This document shows, piece by piece, positions 21,249-30,074 of a DNA stretch of 64,000 nucleotides. The translations under genes and the position numbers were made by a program. Source of the stretch: Microcoleus sp. (GTDB lineage: Bacteria > Cyanobacteriota > Cyanobacteriia > Cyanobacteriales > Microcoleaceae); the NCBI GenBank assembly GCA_052279835.1, contig CP181291.1, forward strand, positions 2,624,001 through 2,688,000, read 5' to 3'. The first letter of the stretch is position 1, and the number at the start of each line of letters is the position of its first letter. A model generated the notes under the pieces. It did no database searches. It saw only the letters and a list, made by a program, of their open reading frames with translations, and was not told the origin of the DNA.

Positions 21249-23930
21249 TCATTCCGGTTGTACCTGAATTGATATAAAACAAGCGGATTTAACTGCGGCG
21301 AGACTCATCGTCCACCACGCAATATGTGCGTATTGAGCGCCCTCAAACCAAGTGAAGGTAAAAATCAGATAAGCAATAGCAACTGCTTCAATACCGCACA
21401 CCGATGATTTCACCGCTAAACATACATAATATCCCCAAACTGTAATCCCAGCAACCAGCCCTAAAATGCCAACAGATAGCGTTGTATCCAGCATCCAATT
21501 GTGAGCTTTGTAAGTATAAATTTCTCTAGTGCTGATTTCACCTTTTATGTTAATATAGTCGTAAGTAAACTCATCTAAATTTACAACGATCGGAGTTACT
21601 TGAGGATTTCGGATGTAGGGATAGGCAATGCCGAAACCGTCAAATCCCCATCCAAATAGCGGGCGTTTTTTGATGCCACGGGCTGAAAGTGTCCACATGG
21701 GCGATCGGCTAGACATGATTTGGGCGATGGTCGGTTTGCTCCAATCTAGCGGTCTGGTGACAGTCATGATGGCAATGGCGATTATGGCGATCGGAATAAT
21801 TCCTACAATAATTTTGTAATATTTGCCTCTGAGCAAATAGACAGTGGCAACCATCAAAGCTAAAATAGCACTTCGAGTAGAAGTTAGCAGCAGTGCGGGA
21901 ACAGTTAAAATTAAAGTAATTGCCGTTAATTTAGTTGTGGTAAATCTCGAAAACCAACCGAAAAGAGAAGTGATTATTATTAATGCTAAAACTATAGCTG
22001 CGTGACCTCTGTGGGAATACAATCCGATGGGTTGCTGTCCTTGAAATATACTGCTGGCATTAACATCGGCTCTGATAATTTGCCCCATTGTCGCCGTATA
22101 GTCGAGCCGCCAGTCAATGATTTGGGGGAAGATACTAAGAGAAAGAATAATGCCGCCAATTAGAAGTCCTTGGAATTGGGAATTAATCAGTTGCGGGTGT
22201 ACGGTTAAGAGCAAGCTGTTATCTGCGTTATTTTCGTTATTGTCTGTTGATGATAGTTCTGGGTCTTCAAGTAATTCGCTGCTGATGTCTGCTAAATTGA
22301 GTTGGTTTTCGTTGCTTTCTGTTGATGATAGTTCTGAGTCTTCCAGTAAATCGCTGCTGATGCCGGCTAAATTTACTTGGTTTTGGTTGCTTTCTGTTGA
22401 TGATAGTTCTGGGTTTTCTAGTAAGTTGCTGCTGATACTGGCTAGGTTCGCATTGTTCAAGCTGCTGTCTGTTGATGATAGTTCTGAGTCTTCGAGTAAG
22501 TCGCTGCTGATGTCGGTGAAGTAGTCAGTGTTAGCTTTGCTACTGCTCTCAACAAGCGAGCTTGAACGCAAGTTCGCCGCATTACGGTTTGATGTCGCAG
22601 AAATGGAAACTGCCCGAATCGGACGCGGGCCCGGGCTGGGTGCTGGTGCAGGACGCGGGCTGGGTGCTGGCGTCCGAGGCGGGCTGGGTGAGGGTAATGT
22701 AGTAGTAGTTGTTGATGTTGAGACAACCACACTTGATGATGTTGACCCCAGTGGAGATGTTACCCAAGGTGTAGGTGTTGGGAAAGTTGATGGAGTCCAA
22801 GGTGAGGGTGACGGTGCTGGCGACACTGATACTATTACTATTGGCGATGGTTTTGGTGACAGGGTTGGTCGAGGTGTTGGTGATGGGGATGGTCTAGGTG
22901 CTGGAGATGGTGAGGGTCTGGGTGCTGGCGATGGGGATGGTCGAGGTGTTGGTTTTGGTGATGCTGTTACGTAGCCTATGCCACCGCCACCACTAGCACT
23001 ACTAGCGACAGGTTCACGTTTGGGTATCGGTATGGGTATATTCCAGTCAGGAATGATAAACGGGAATGGCTTTGGAGTTGGAGCTGGAACGGGAACGGGA
23101 ACGGGAATCGGTACTGGCTGTTTGCGACGACGAGTTACTTTGTTTTTCCAGCCCCACCGTATTCCGTTGTAAATCGTAACGTTCGTTTCCGTAATAATTC
23201 GTCCTATTTTATCAGTTGTATTGAATGTCGAGGTGCCCACTAAGTAAGCTTCAGCCAACCAATAATGCTCCTCTAGAAAATCAATTCTGTAGCTTTTGTC
23301 TGCCAATCTTGTATTGCCACCTGGATAGAATGGAGTGTCTTGGTTTAGTAGATCTATGTCGAGGTATTTAGCTTTTGCTGCGGGATCTTTATGTGGTTTA
23401 ACATAACTAGCATGGTTGGTATTTATCCACTGAATCCAGCGAAAATCTTGTGTTGTCTCACCTTGCCCTCGCACATAATTTAACTCAATTCCGCCACCTA
23501 CTCCTGTTAACGTAGGTGGTATTTGTTGCTGTATATTCGGTAAATTTGGATATCTACATGGAATCTGTACAGTGCAAGCAAAATATTGTAATACTTGTAA
23601 ATTCCCTCTTAAAGCCTTATTTGCTTTAGTAAAATTCCAAATTTTTGTTTGAGCGGAATTGTTTAAAGTAGCCAATCTATAGGCATCTAATAACTGATTT
23701 AAAATCCTTGTTCCACCCAGTGGTAGTTCTGTTACATGAGGAGGTGACAATGTAGTTGATACAGTTATTTCATCATTGCCATCGGTGTAAGTCGTAGACA
23801 GTTTGGGAATGTATAAATCTCGCGCACCTTTTTCGGCAAAACTTAGACTGAATCCCATAGCAGACTGACTCGTAAATGCAACTAGCAATGGCGTTGCCAA
23901 AAATATTAGAATAGTTTGTGGAGTTTTCAT
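21249..23930 (-). CDS. in-frame fusion: secreted PEP-CTERM-family body (signal peptide, N-domain, Pro/Ser/Thr linker, acidic repeats) joined to the C-terminal ~320 aa of an O-antigen-ligase/Wzy_C-like protein (cassette III)
   Basis: N-terminus paralogous to 37279 ORF; from NSLLLTVHP (junction at 22220) it matches the 38258 ORF; RPLFGWGFDGF and KAHN Wzy_C-type motifs. Confidence 0.8.
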   Translation of the reverse strand: MKTPQTILIFLATPLLVAFTSQSAMGFSLSFAEKGARDLYIPKLSTTYTDGNDEITVSTTLSPPHVTELPLGGTRILNQLLDAYRLATLNNSAQTKIWNFTKANKALRGNLQVLQYFACTVQIPCRYPNLPNIQQQIPPTLTGVGGGIELNYVRGQGETTQDFRWIQWINTNHASYVKPHKDPAAKAKYLDIDLLNQDTPFYPGGNTRLADKSYRIDFLEEHYWLAEAYLVGTSTFNTTDKIGRIITETNVTIYNGIRWGWKNKVTRRRKQPVPIPVPVPVPAPTPKPFPFIIPDWNIPIPIPKREPVASSASGGGGIGYVTASPKPTPRPSPSPAPRPSPSPAPRPSPSPTPRPTLSPKPSPIVIVSVSPAPSPSPWTPSTFPTPTPWVTSPLGSTSSSVVVSTSTTTTTLPSPSPPRTPAPSPRPAPAPSPGPRPIRAVSISATSNRNAANLRSSSLVESSSKANTDYFTDISSDLLEDSELSSTDSSLNNANLASISSNLLENPELSSTESNQNQVNLAGISSDLLEDSELSSTESNENQLNLADISSELLEDPELSSTDNNENNADNSLLLTVHPQLINSQFQGLLIGGIILSLSIFPQIIDWRLDYTATMGQIIRADVNASSIFQGQQPIGLYSHRGHAAIVLALIIITSLFGWFSRFTTTKLTAITLILTVPALLLTSTRSAILALMVATVYLLRGKYYKIIVGIIPIAIIAIAIMTVTRPLDWSKPTIAQIMSSRSPMWTLSARGIKKRPLFGWGFDGFGIAYPYIRNPQVTPIVVNLDEFTYDYINIKGEISTREIYTYKAHNWMLDTTLSVGILGLVAGITVWGYYVCLAVKSSVCGIEAVAIAYLIFTFTWFEGAQYAHIAWWTMSLAAVKSACFISIQVQPE
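21472..22220 (-). repeat. 749-bp inverted repeat, left arm (partner 38585-39333)
   Basis: Reverse complement matches 38585-39333; only one substitution seen (ATCGCC vs ATCCCC, Ala/Pro). Confidence 0.92.
22221..22520 (-). repeat. four 75-bp (25-aa) acidic coding repeats LAxISSxLLEDxELSSTxxNxNxxN
   Basis: TCTGTTGATGATAGTTCT recurs at 22243, 22318, 22393, 22468. Confidence 0.9.
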
Positions 23931-24025
23931 TATCTGTTTTTCCTTGCGTATCTACTACGTAAAAGTCTAGATAAGGTGTAAATTTTTGCCCTATTCACAT
24001 CGCATTGAATCATTTCTCATGCATC

Positions 24026-25282
24026 TCAGGGCTGGGCTATACGGAATTCAGTAAAGGGGGTATCTACCCGCCCAGTCCAAACTTTTTCTATTGGCAGACT
24101 TTCAATCGACTCCCTTGCAAGATTTGTCTTCTGTATGATATCGCTCGTATTTTCGTACCGGAACCGAAGTTGATAGATACCTGGCTTGAGGTCAAAAGGG
24201 CAATAGCCACCATATCCATTAGTAACAAGAAGAGAAAATTTGTCGCGCTTACTCAAAGACAGGGTAATACTTGGAAAAAATGTCACACTCTTTCCCGGTG
24301 TGGCTAATAGAAAATCAGATTCTTCCGGCAATCTCATCCAGTCGCTATTATAGCATCCCCGCTCTAGCCGACCATCTGGCATTACAATGTCTGGAGTAAA
24401 AGTGGCATAAAAACTGAAGTAAAAAGGGGTTGGCGTGTTGTTGGTAATCCGCATACCAATCTGTACATAATTTATGACATTGTGCTTGTTATTTCGCACA
24501 GTTAACAACGGTTCTGGAATGAAGGTTTCAAAGCGAATACCATCTACTTCCACTGCGTTTTTATTATCTTCAACAGGTTGCAGCAGGCGAAAATTAACGA
24601 AGGGAGTTGTCAACTTATCTGTCTCAGTTACTTCTATTCTCTTTTGTTGTCCAGTTCGTGGATCTAAGCATAAGACATTCCCGGTAGGACTGTTATAAAT
24701 GAATCGAAGCTGATATTCCCCTGACCCAAGACTTTCAAAATACCAAGAGTTATCTAGCTCAATAGGGATTTGACCGCAGTATGCGCTGGGTAATGTTTGT
24801 TTAAGTCCCGTTAGTTGAAGTAAATTATTTTGCCAAGACAGTCTTCCATCCAGAGGGATGACTGTCTGTTCTCCGGCTCGAACTAACGTCGCACGATATT
24901 CCCCGCTCCCAACTTGCCTATTTATCGGTTCTTTGAGGTGCAGTTTTTGACCATCTGGCCTTCGGATTTCTGGGATTAAGGCATCATTTATGAAAGGAAT
25001 TGGGGCTTGTGTAGGATTGGTAACGCTGACAGTGAAGCTCAAGGGAGCAGTAGCACCGGGCTTGTTTTCTGGGATTGCTAGTGCAATAATTTGTGGCTCT
25101 CTGATTTCCAGTAGGAGGCCAGATTGTTTGACTTGATTGCTGTTATTCGCTCCTTGAGATGTCATATTTTCTATCCTTCCAATTCTTGAGTGTTCATTGC
25201 CAACAGCTTGTATGTTTCCATAGGTTACTACCACGATCGCAGAAATTACTAAAGCCAAGAAAAACCGCCAAAAATACTTCAT
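24026..25282 (-). CDS. exported protein with two tandem 'VEVDG' beta-rich domains (cassette III partner)
   Basis: Signal peptide MKYFWRFFLALVISAIVVV; both halves share TN.T..P..F, PEI/PDI..PDG, G.YQLRF.Y, TPF..FR..QP. Confidence 0.8.
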   Translation of the reverse strand: MKYFWRFFLALVISAIVVVTYGNIQAVGNEHSRIGRIENMTSQGANNSNQVKQSGLLLEIREPQIIALAIPENKPGATAPLSFTVSVTNPTQAPIPFINDALIPEIRRPDGQKLHLKEPINRQVGSGEYRATLVRAGEQTVIPLDGRLSWQNNLLQLTGLKQTLPSAYCGQIPIELDNSWYFESLGSGEYQLRFIYNSPTGNVLCLDPRTGQQKRIEVTETDKLTTPFVNFRLLQPVEDNKNAVEVDGIRFETFIPEPLLTVRNNKHNVINYVQIGMRITNNTPTPFYFSFYATFTPDIVMPDGRLERGCYNSDWMRLPEESDFLLATPGKSVTFFPSITLSLSKRDKFSLLVTNGYGGYCPFDLKPGIYQLRFRYENTSDIIQKTNLARESIESLPIEKVWTGRVDTPFTEFRIAQP

Positions 25283-25309
25283 AATTTCGCCCTCTGGATT
25301 ACCAGACAA

Positions 25310-25738
25310 TCAGCGGAAAAACCCGAACCATACCGCCGCACCAAATACCATAAACCAAAATAACTTACCCCAACTCCCACTCGACTCTCCGGGATGTTCA
25401 ACCAAAGTATATCTGTAATATCCCAACACAGGCTCACAATCATTCTTCTTCGGTGGAGTTCTCGGCCAAGTACGGGTAGATGACGGCCAACAATTCTCTG
25501 GCATACTCCGCAGTCTACCGGGCAGATAACCGTAAGTTAAATTCAGCTTTGAACGAGGGGGTAAGTGTTCTTGAAGAGCAAGTTCTTTCTTTGTTACCTG
25601 GACGAACTCGAACTTGACTTCATGAGTACGATGGGGCCCAATTGTGCGACTGCAACTGATACAAAACTGATTGCAAGCTAGCTTTTGAGGGTGAGGACAG
25701 TGAAAATTGTTGCAGTAATGTTTTTCGCCGTAGTTCAT
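25310..25738 (-). CDS. small membrane-anchored protein with N-terminal 4-Cys (zinc-ribbon-like) motif
   Basis: YCNNFHCPHP...FCISC resembles the cyanobacterial 4-Cys prefix; C-terminal TM WGKLFWFMVFGAAVWFGFFR; ends 28 bp before the partner ATG. Confidence 0.6.
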   Translation of the reverse strand: MNYGEKHYCNNFHCPHPQKLACNQFCISCSRTIGPHRTHEVKFEFVQVTKKELALQEHLPPRSKLNLTYGYLPGRLRSMPENCWPSSTRTWPRTPPKKNDCEPVLGYYRYTLVEHPGESSGSWGKLFWFMVFGAAVWFGFFR

Positions 25739-25762
25739 AACGATGCCTTTGATTTCCCTGAT

Positions 25763-25885
25763 TAATGAGTTGGCAGACAGACAACAACTGATTGACTAAA
25801 ATTATCATAAACATTTGGCTCGGAATACAGGGTTTATACTGAAGTTTTGGGAAGTCACCTTGTATCTGAAACTTATGCTTAATTA
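25763..25885 (-). repeat. cassette leader, distal segments A+B
   Basis: 25795-25885 is the reverse-complement homolog of 36258-36344; AATGAGTT..CAGACAGACAAC at ~25763-25785 also occurs at 27261-27282. Confidence 0.75.
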
Positions 25886-25977
25886 AAAATTTATCTGTTA
25901 CAAACAAGTTAACTTTACACAATCTTTATAAAAAAAATCTGAGTTCCGGCGTTGAGGATCGGTTGTTGTCAAAATCG

Positions 25978-26364
25978 TCAAGAGGACTGCTGGAAATGAA
26001 ATTGGCACTCTGGTACACAAACTAACTTTACACAATCTTCACAAAAGTCAGTTTGAGGACCGCAGGCGTAGTAATTTTTAATATCAAAACTTCCCTCTAA
26101 TTCTGTTCCTGTCTCAAAAATCCATTTTCCCGGATACCTTCTAGAAAAGTTGCTTAGTAAGCTTTTAAACTCATTAGTTCCACCTGCTTTAATAGTAGTA
26201 GGTGGAATTATCCAAGCCGCACCCTCGGCATCTCCCAGAGTGTAGGGGACATAGTAGTCTGGAGGATTTAAAGACTTAATAGTAAACGCAACCCCAGGCT
26301 GAGTTGTGAGTGTGATAAAAAGTGTTGTTGTGAACAAAGCTAAAGGATACTGTCGTAATATCAT
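25978..26364 (-). pseudogene. 3'-truncated paralog of the PEP-CTERM N-domain (cassette II)
   Basis: Signal peptide plus GGT and L.GSFDIKNYYAC aligning with LRGNVEVLNYYAC (37279 ORF); similarity ends near 26043 and the ORF runs into leader DNA. Confidence 0.65.
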
Positions 26365-26439
26365 TTTTTTGAGCCTCACAAGTTAATAGTTAAAAAGAGA
26401 GCAGCTTTTTCGGAAATCATCTACAAATAGTAAGTGTGA

Positions 26440-26997
26440 CTAAAATTCGGATCTTGGCTGCACTATACGAAATTCTTCATAAGACGTAGAAACCACGCCT
26501 GTCCACAGAGGTTCTAAAAATCTCCAGGGTGTCATACCTCCATCAATTTTTCCTGTTTGAGAGTGGTTCTCATAAGTAAATCGAACACTATATATACCTG
26601 GTTTCAAATTGCACAAAGTCCAAACTCCACCACTACCGTCATAGCCTGTAAGTCCAAGCTGGAAGCCACGCCAACAGAACTTGGCATTTATAAAAAACGT
26701 CAAATGTTCTTGTGGGAAAAGTAATAAAAAGTCTGATTCTGTCGGTGTTTTGGTTGCATTCCTAGCATAGCTTCGTTCGATTAATTCCCCATCTGCTCGT
26801 TTTAGTTCTGGAGACAAATGGAAACAAATAAACCGATAGGATATTGAGGAATTGTTGGTAATGCGAATCCCAAACTGTACGGAGTTTTTAAGACCCTTGA
26901 TATTTGAGATTGTTAGCTCTCGCTCTGGGACTAAAGTTTCAAACCGGACGCCATCAACTTCAACGACATTGTTATCACTTGATTCTTCTATGGTCAT
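26440..26997 (-). CDS. single 'VEVDG' domain protein (cassette II partner)
   Basis: VEVDGVRFET, GIRITNN, DFLLL.P, KPGIYSVRFTYEN, LWTG.V...EFRIVQP; paralog of the 24026 and 36614 ORFs; AAGGAGG RBS. Confidence 0.85.
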   Translation of the reverse strand: MTIEESSDNNVVEVDGVRFETLVPERELTISNIKGLKNSVQFGIRITNNSSISYRFICFHLSPELKRADGELIERSYARNATKTPTESDFLLLFPQEHLTFFINAKFCWRGFQLGLTGYDGSGGVWTLCNLKPGIYSVRFTYENHSQTGKIDGGMTPWRFLEPLWTGVVSTSYEEFRIVQPRSEF

Positions 26998-27000
26998 GAT

Positions 27001-27285
27001 GCTTGTCCTCCTTATTTCCTTATCCTAAGAGTGTGGCAGTAGCGCCGGAGCTGATTTAAAACTTTTTTGCTGAAATTATTTCTGAGTTTTATCACAACAT
27101 AAAAGCTCACCACAATCCGAAAATTTACTGACTTTAGTGACATCCAGAGAACTAAATTAAATTTTACATAGTAATATTAGCTACGCCAGAATGAAGATTT
27201 CAGATAAATTTTGAGTTTTGTAGATAAAAATTTTAAAATCATACTATTTTCTGTGGGAAAAATGAGTTTACAGACAGACAACCAC
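27001..27285 (-). repeat. cassette leader copy 1 (segments B+C)
   Basis: TGTGGCAGTAGCGCC...CACAATCCGAAAATTTACTGACTTTAGT..CATCCAGAGAAC shared with 29712-29932 and, inverted, with 36350-36613. Confidence 0.9.
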
Positions 27286-27301
27286 CTAAACCCTGACTTG
27301 A

Positions 27302-28738
27302 CTATTCTTGGTTTTTCCGGTTTTTGAGCCTTTTAATTACAGGCAATACAGCTAGGGCAAATAAAGTTCCTAATGCGGTGGTTGGTTCGGGAACGGCTGC
27401 GGCGGCGAGGGCATCCTCCTCGGCTTTTTTAGATGAGGCTTTTTCGTTTGGTAAGTCGTCGCTGTAAAGGCTTGCTATGTCAGAAACGTCGATGGAGGAA
27501 AAAGACATTTCCTGGTTTATACTCCTAGCAGCGAAGGTTCTTGTATTCGTACCAACATTACTCGAAGATGTAGAAACGCTACTGCGAGAAGGAAGGTAAT
27601 CTTGATACATCTTGACAGCTAAGTCGTATTTTCCAACTTGAGGATGTGGTGCATTGCGTACACATCCACCACCACCGCTACCGCCGTTACATGGGCCGCC
27701 ACTAAAGTCATTACGCTCATCAAAATTGAAGTCGTTGTAGCCACTCACCTTGAGTTTGAGAGAACCGTCATTGTTTACAGAACTTTTAATCCCTGAACCC
27801 CAATTGCTACCAAACGGCCCGCCGTCGTCATTCACCGCAATCAGATTTCCCAATTGGTTAAACGCTCCTAAAATTGTGTCCGGTTTTTTGGGTGGGTTGA
27901 CACCGGGAAAGTTATTAGTCCAGGCTACAAAAGGTGCTGAGGGTTGAAGTCCAGATTCTGTAAAAGAATCTACCTTGCCTGGGGATAGGGTACTGGAGTT
28001 CAAATAAGTAGGAAGTTTTTCTACCTTTTTGTACCCAAACTGTTGCTCAACTAGGTTGGCATACTGTTTGGTAAATGTTGCACCTTGTTTGATATCTGTG
28101 ATAGTTGAAGTGCCTCCATTGAGGGAAATTGACCAGGAAAAACCTGTTAAAAAATCGTAGGTTTTGTTGCCGAAATCACCGACCAGAAATGTCTCAAATT
28201 TGAGCTGATTGGCTTTAGAATCACTCGGTACATCAGAGAATTTTAAAACCTGACCATTATTTTGACTCTGTACTGCTAGCTGGGTATATTCATCCCAGGG
28301 GAGAAATTGTTCTAATTCTTCTGGAATTTTGTATTCATTCCAGTACCAAGGTTCCTGGTCAGCCCATCCACTAAGATAACCAGATGGTGGGGTATCTATA
28401 TATGGGACTTTTAGGGGGTTATTGGCGAAGCGGGGGTCAATAGGTATGGGTGGATTTGAATCTTGCGTTACTATTTGAAGCCAGTTGAGATGATCGACGC
28501 CGAGAAAATTTTTCCAGTCATTTTTAGTAGCAACGAATTGACCGACAATTGCATCTTCGGTTCCTGCTGGGACAGGATCAGTTTTTTTATCCAGGCTAAT
28601 ATTACCTAGGACTTCATTTTTGACGATTACATCAAAACTGAGTTGTGCTGCCCGAGCTGCCCCGCTTGAAACGGTTTCAAAGAATGCAGCTATTGAGATC
28701 GCACAGATGTATGTTGTGCTAGCATTTCGCTGTGACAT
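27302..28738 (-). CDS. intact PEP-CTERM surface protein (cassette I)
   Basis: N-terminal signal-like segment; C-terminal VPEPTTALGTLFALAVLPVIKRLKNRKNQE; internal PDTILGAFNQLGNLIAVNDD (PPC/DVUA0089-like). Confidence 0.9.
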   Translation of the reverse strand: MSQRNASTTYICAISIAAFFETVSSGAARAAQLSFDVIVKNEVLGNISLDKKTDPVPAGTEDAIVGQFVATKNDWKNFLGVDHLNWLQIVTQDSNPPIPIDPRFANNPLKVPYIDTPPSGYLSGWADQEPWYWNEYKIPEELEQFLPWDEYTQLAVQSQNNGQVLKFSDVPSDSKANQLKFETFLVGDFGNKTYDFLTGFSWSISLNGGTSTITDIKQGATFTKQYANLVEQQFGYKKVEKLPTYLNSSTLSPGKVDSFTESGLQPSAPFVAWTNNFPGVNPPKKPDTILGAFNQLGNLIAVNDDGGPFGSNWGSGIKSSVNNDGSLKLKVSGYNDFNFDERNDFSGGPCNGGSGGGGCVRNAPHPQVGKYDLAVKMYQDYLPSRSSVSTSSSNVGTNTRTFAARSINQEMSFSSIDVSDIASLYSDDLPNEKASSKKAEEDALAAAAVPEPTTALGTLFALAVLPVIKRLKNRKNQE

Positions 28739-28775
28739 AGCCTTGACTCCTAATTGTTTGAAAGTGTATTAAATC

Positions 28776-29582
28776 CTAATCAGCAAGTTTTTCAACTTTG
28801 TAAGTTTTGAGATTGAAACGCCACAAAGTCCGCACAATTCTGTCACTATTAACATCTACGTAGATATATTCTGGCGTAACTAAAAAATTTGAATCGGCAG
28901 AAAACTCGCCTATAGATAGCAAATCAAGCTGAGAAAATTCTTTAATTTCCTGACAAGTTTCGATGTCAAAAAGTCGTGCGTACTTCACCGCCGATCTAGT
29001 CGGGTTCCGTTGAGGATAACTTTCATCGCTCGCGGGATATCCGGTAGCAAATGTGATGTTCAAAAAGCGATCGTTTGGCGAAAAGCGAAACAGACCGGGC
29101 CCAGATCCTCCTTTCGGAATTTTGCAGACAAGTGTAAAGCTGGGATAGCTGTGCAGGAATATTATCCCTTGCGGAAATTGGTAAGTAAAAAACTTGGTTT
29201 CATCGTGGGAAAAGCCATAAATCCTCTGAGGAAAACGGCGAACTTCTTTACCTGTCGCCAACTCCCAGAACACAGTATGGTCTTTCTGCGAAGCAGCAAC
29301 TGTCTTACCACCGTCTAAGAGAAATGTCTCCCTGACAACTACTCCATCATCCATTTTAAAAGTGCGAATCACCTCTGAAGAAACAGCATCTTTGACGGTA
29401 ACAATGCCATGGCGATCGCCGCTGACAGAGTAGCGACTTCCTGACACCGTGTTGCCTCGATTCAAGTCAGCTACCTTCTCCATTTCCCCCTGATTATAGG
29501 CAGTAACTCCATGTGAAACAGAGCCTAGTTCCATTGCCCCAGAAAGAATTAAAGCCAGCATAAACCGGAAAAAATGCTTCAT
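28776..29582 (-). CDS. exported WD40-like/beta-propeller protein (cassette I partner)
   Basis: Signal peptide MKHFFRFMLALILSG; VFWELATGKEVRRF, FSHDE, FSPNDRFL, LFDIETCQEIKEF, FSADSNFL blade-like motifs. Confidence 0.72.
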   Translation of the reverse strand: MKHFFRFMLALILSGAMELGSVSHGVTAYNQGEMEKVADLNRGNTVSGSRYSVSGDRHGIVTVKDAVSSEVIRTFKMDDGVVVRETFLLDGGKTVAASQKDHTVFWELATGKEVRRFPQRIYGFSHDETKFFTYQFPQGIIFLHSYPSFTLVCKIPKGGSGPGLFRFSPNDRFLNITFATGYPASDESYPQRNPTRSAVKYARLFDIETCQEIKEFSQLDLLSIGEFSADSNFLVTPEYIYVDVNSDRIVRTLWRFNLKTYKVEKLAD

Positions 29583-29711
29583 AATCTGGGCTATTTTTTA
29601 GCCTGATGATTAGTTAAATAATCCCAACGCAATACGAAGCCAGCTACTAAAAGCAGCGCCAACCTCTTGCCTCAATCCTGTCTGGATTGTCACGTTTAAA
29701 ACAAGAAAAAC

Positions 29712-29932
29712 TGTGGCAGTAGCGCCTACGCTGATTTCAAATAAGTTTGCTGAGATTATTTCCGAATTTTATTACGTCACAAATGCTGACCACAATCCGA
29801 AAATTTACTGACTTTAGTAACATCCAGAGAACGAAATCAAATTTTACCTAGTAACATTGGTTACGCCTAAAGGAAGATTTAAGATAAAATCTTGACTTCT
29901 GTAGCTAAAAAGTTTGAATGGATACAGTTTTT
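29712..29932 (-). repeat. cassette leader copy 2 (segment C)
   Basis: Aligns by eye with 27033-27250 (direct) and ~36360-36580 (inverted). Confidence 0.9.
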
Positions 29933-30074
29933 TATCGAGTTTCCTCTAAAATGCGAGAAAATCAGCGAGTGTAGGGTTGATATAAAATCCGGGTGTACTG
30001 GAATTATTTGTTTGTAAAATTTGGTCAAGTTCTCAGTTGCGGGTTTTTCGCCACACCGCAACTGCCAACTTTTC

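Noticed and set aside
22221..22520. Regularly spaced repeats (75 bp here, 39 bp at 40668-40922) as a CRISPR array
   Set aside because: Periods are multiples of three, inside ORFs, with no unique spacers and no cas genes
22117..23172. Gly/Ala-rich plus-strand ORFs (and minus-strand ORFs at 40316-40994)
   Set aside because: Antisense read-outs of Pro/Ser-rich repeats in the real genes
27033..27048. ops/JUMPstart-like GGCAGTAGCG in the cassette leaders
   Set aside because: It lies on the template strand relative to the downstream genes in all three copies and is better explained as a relic R-Y-C-H coding sequence
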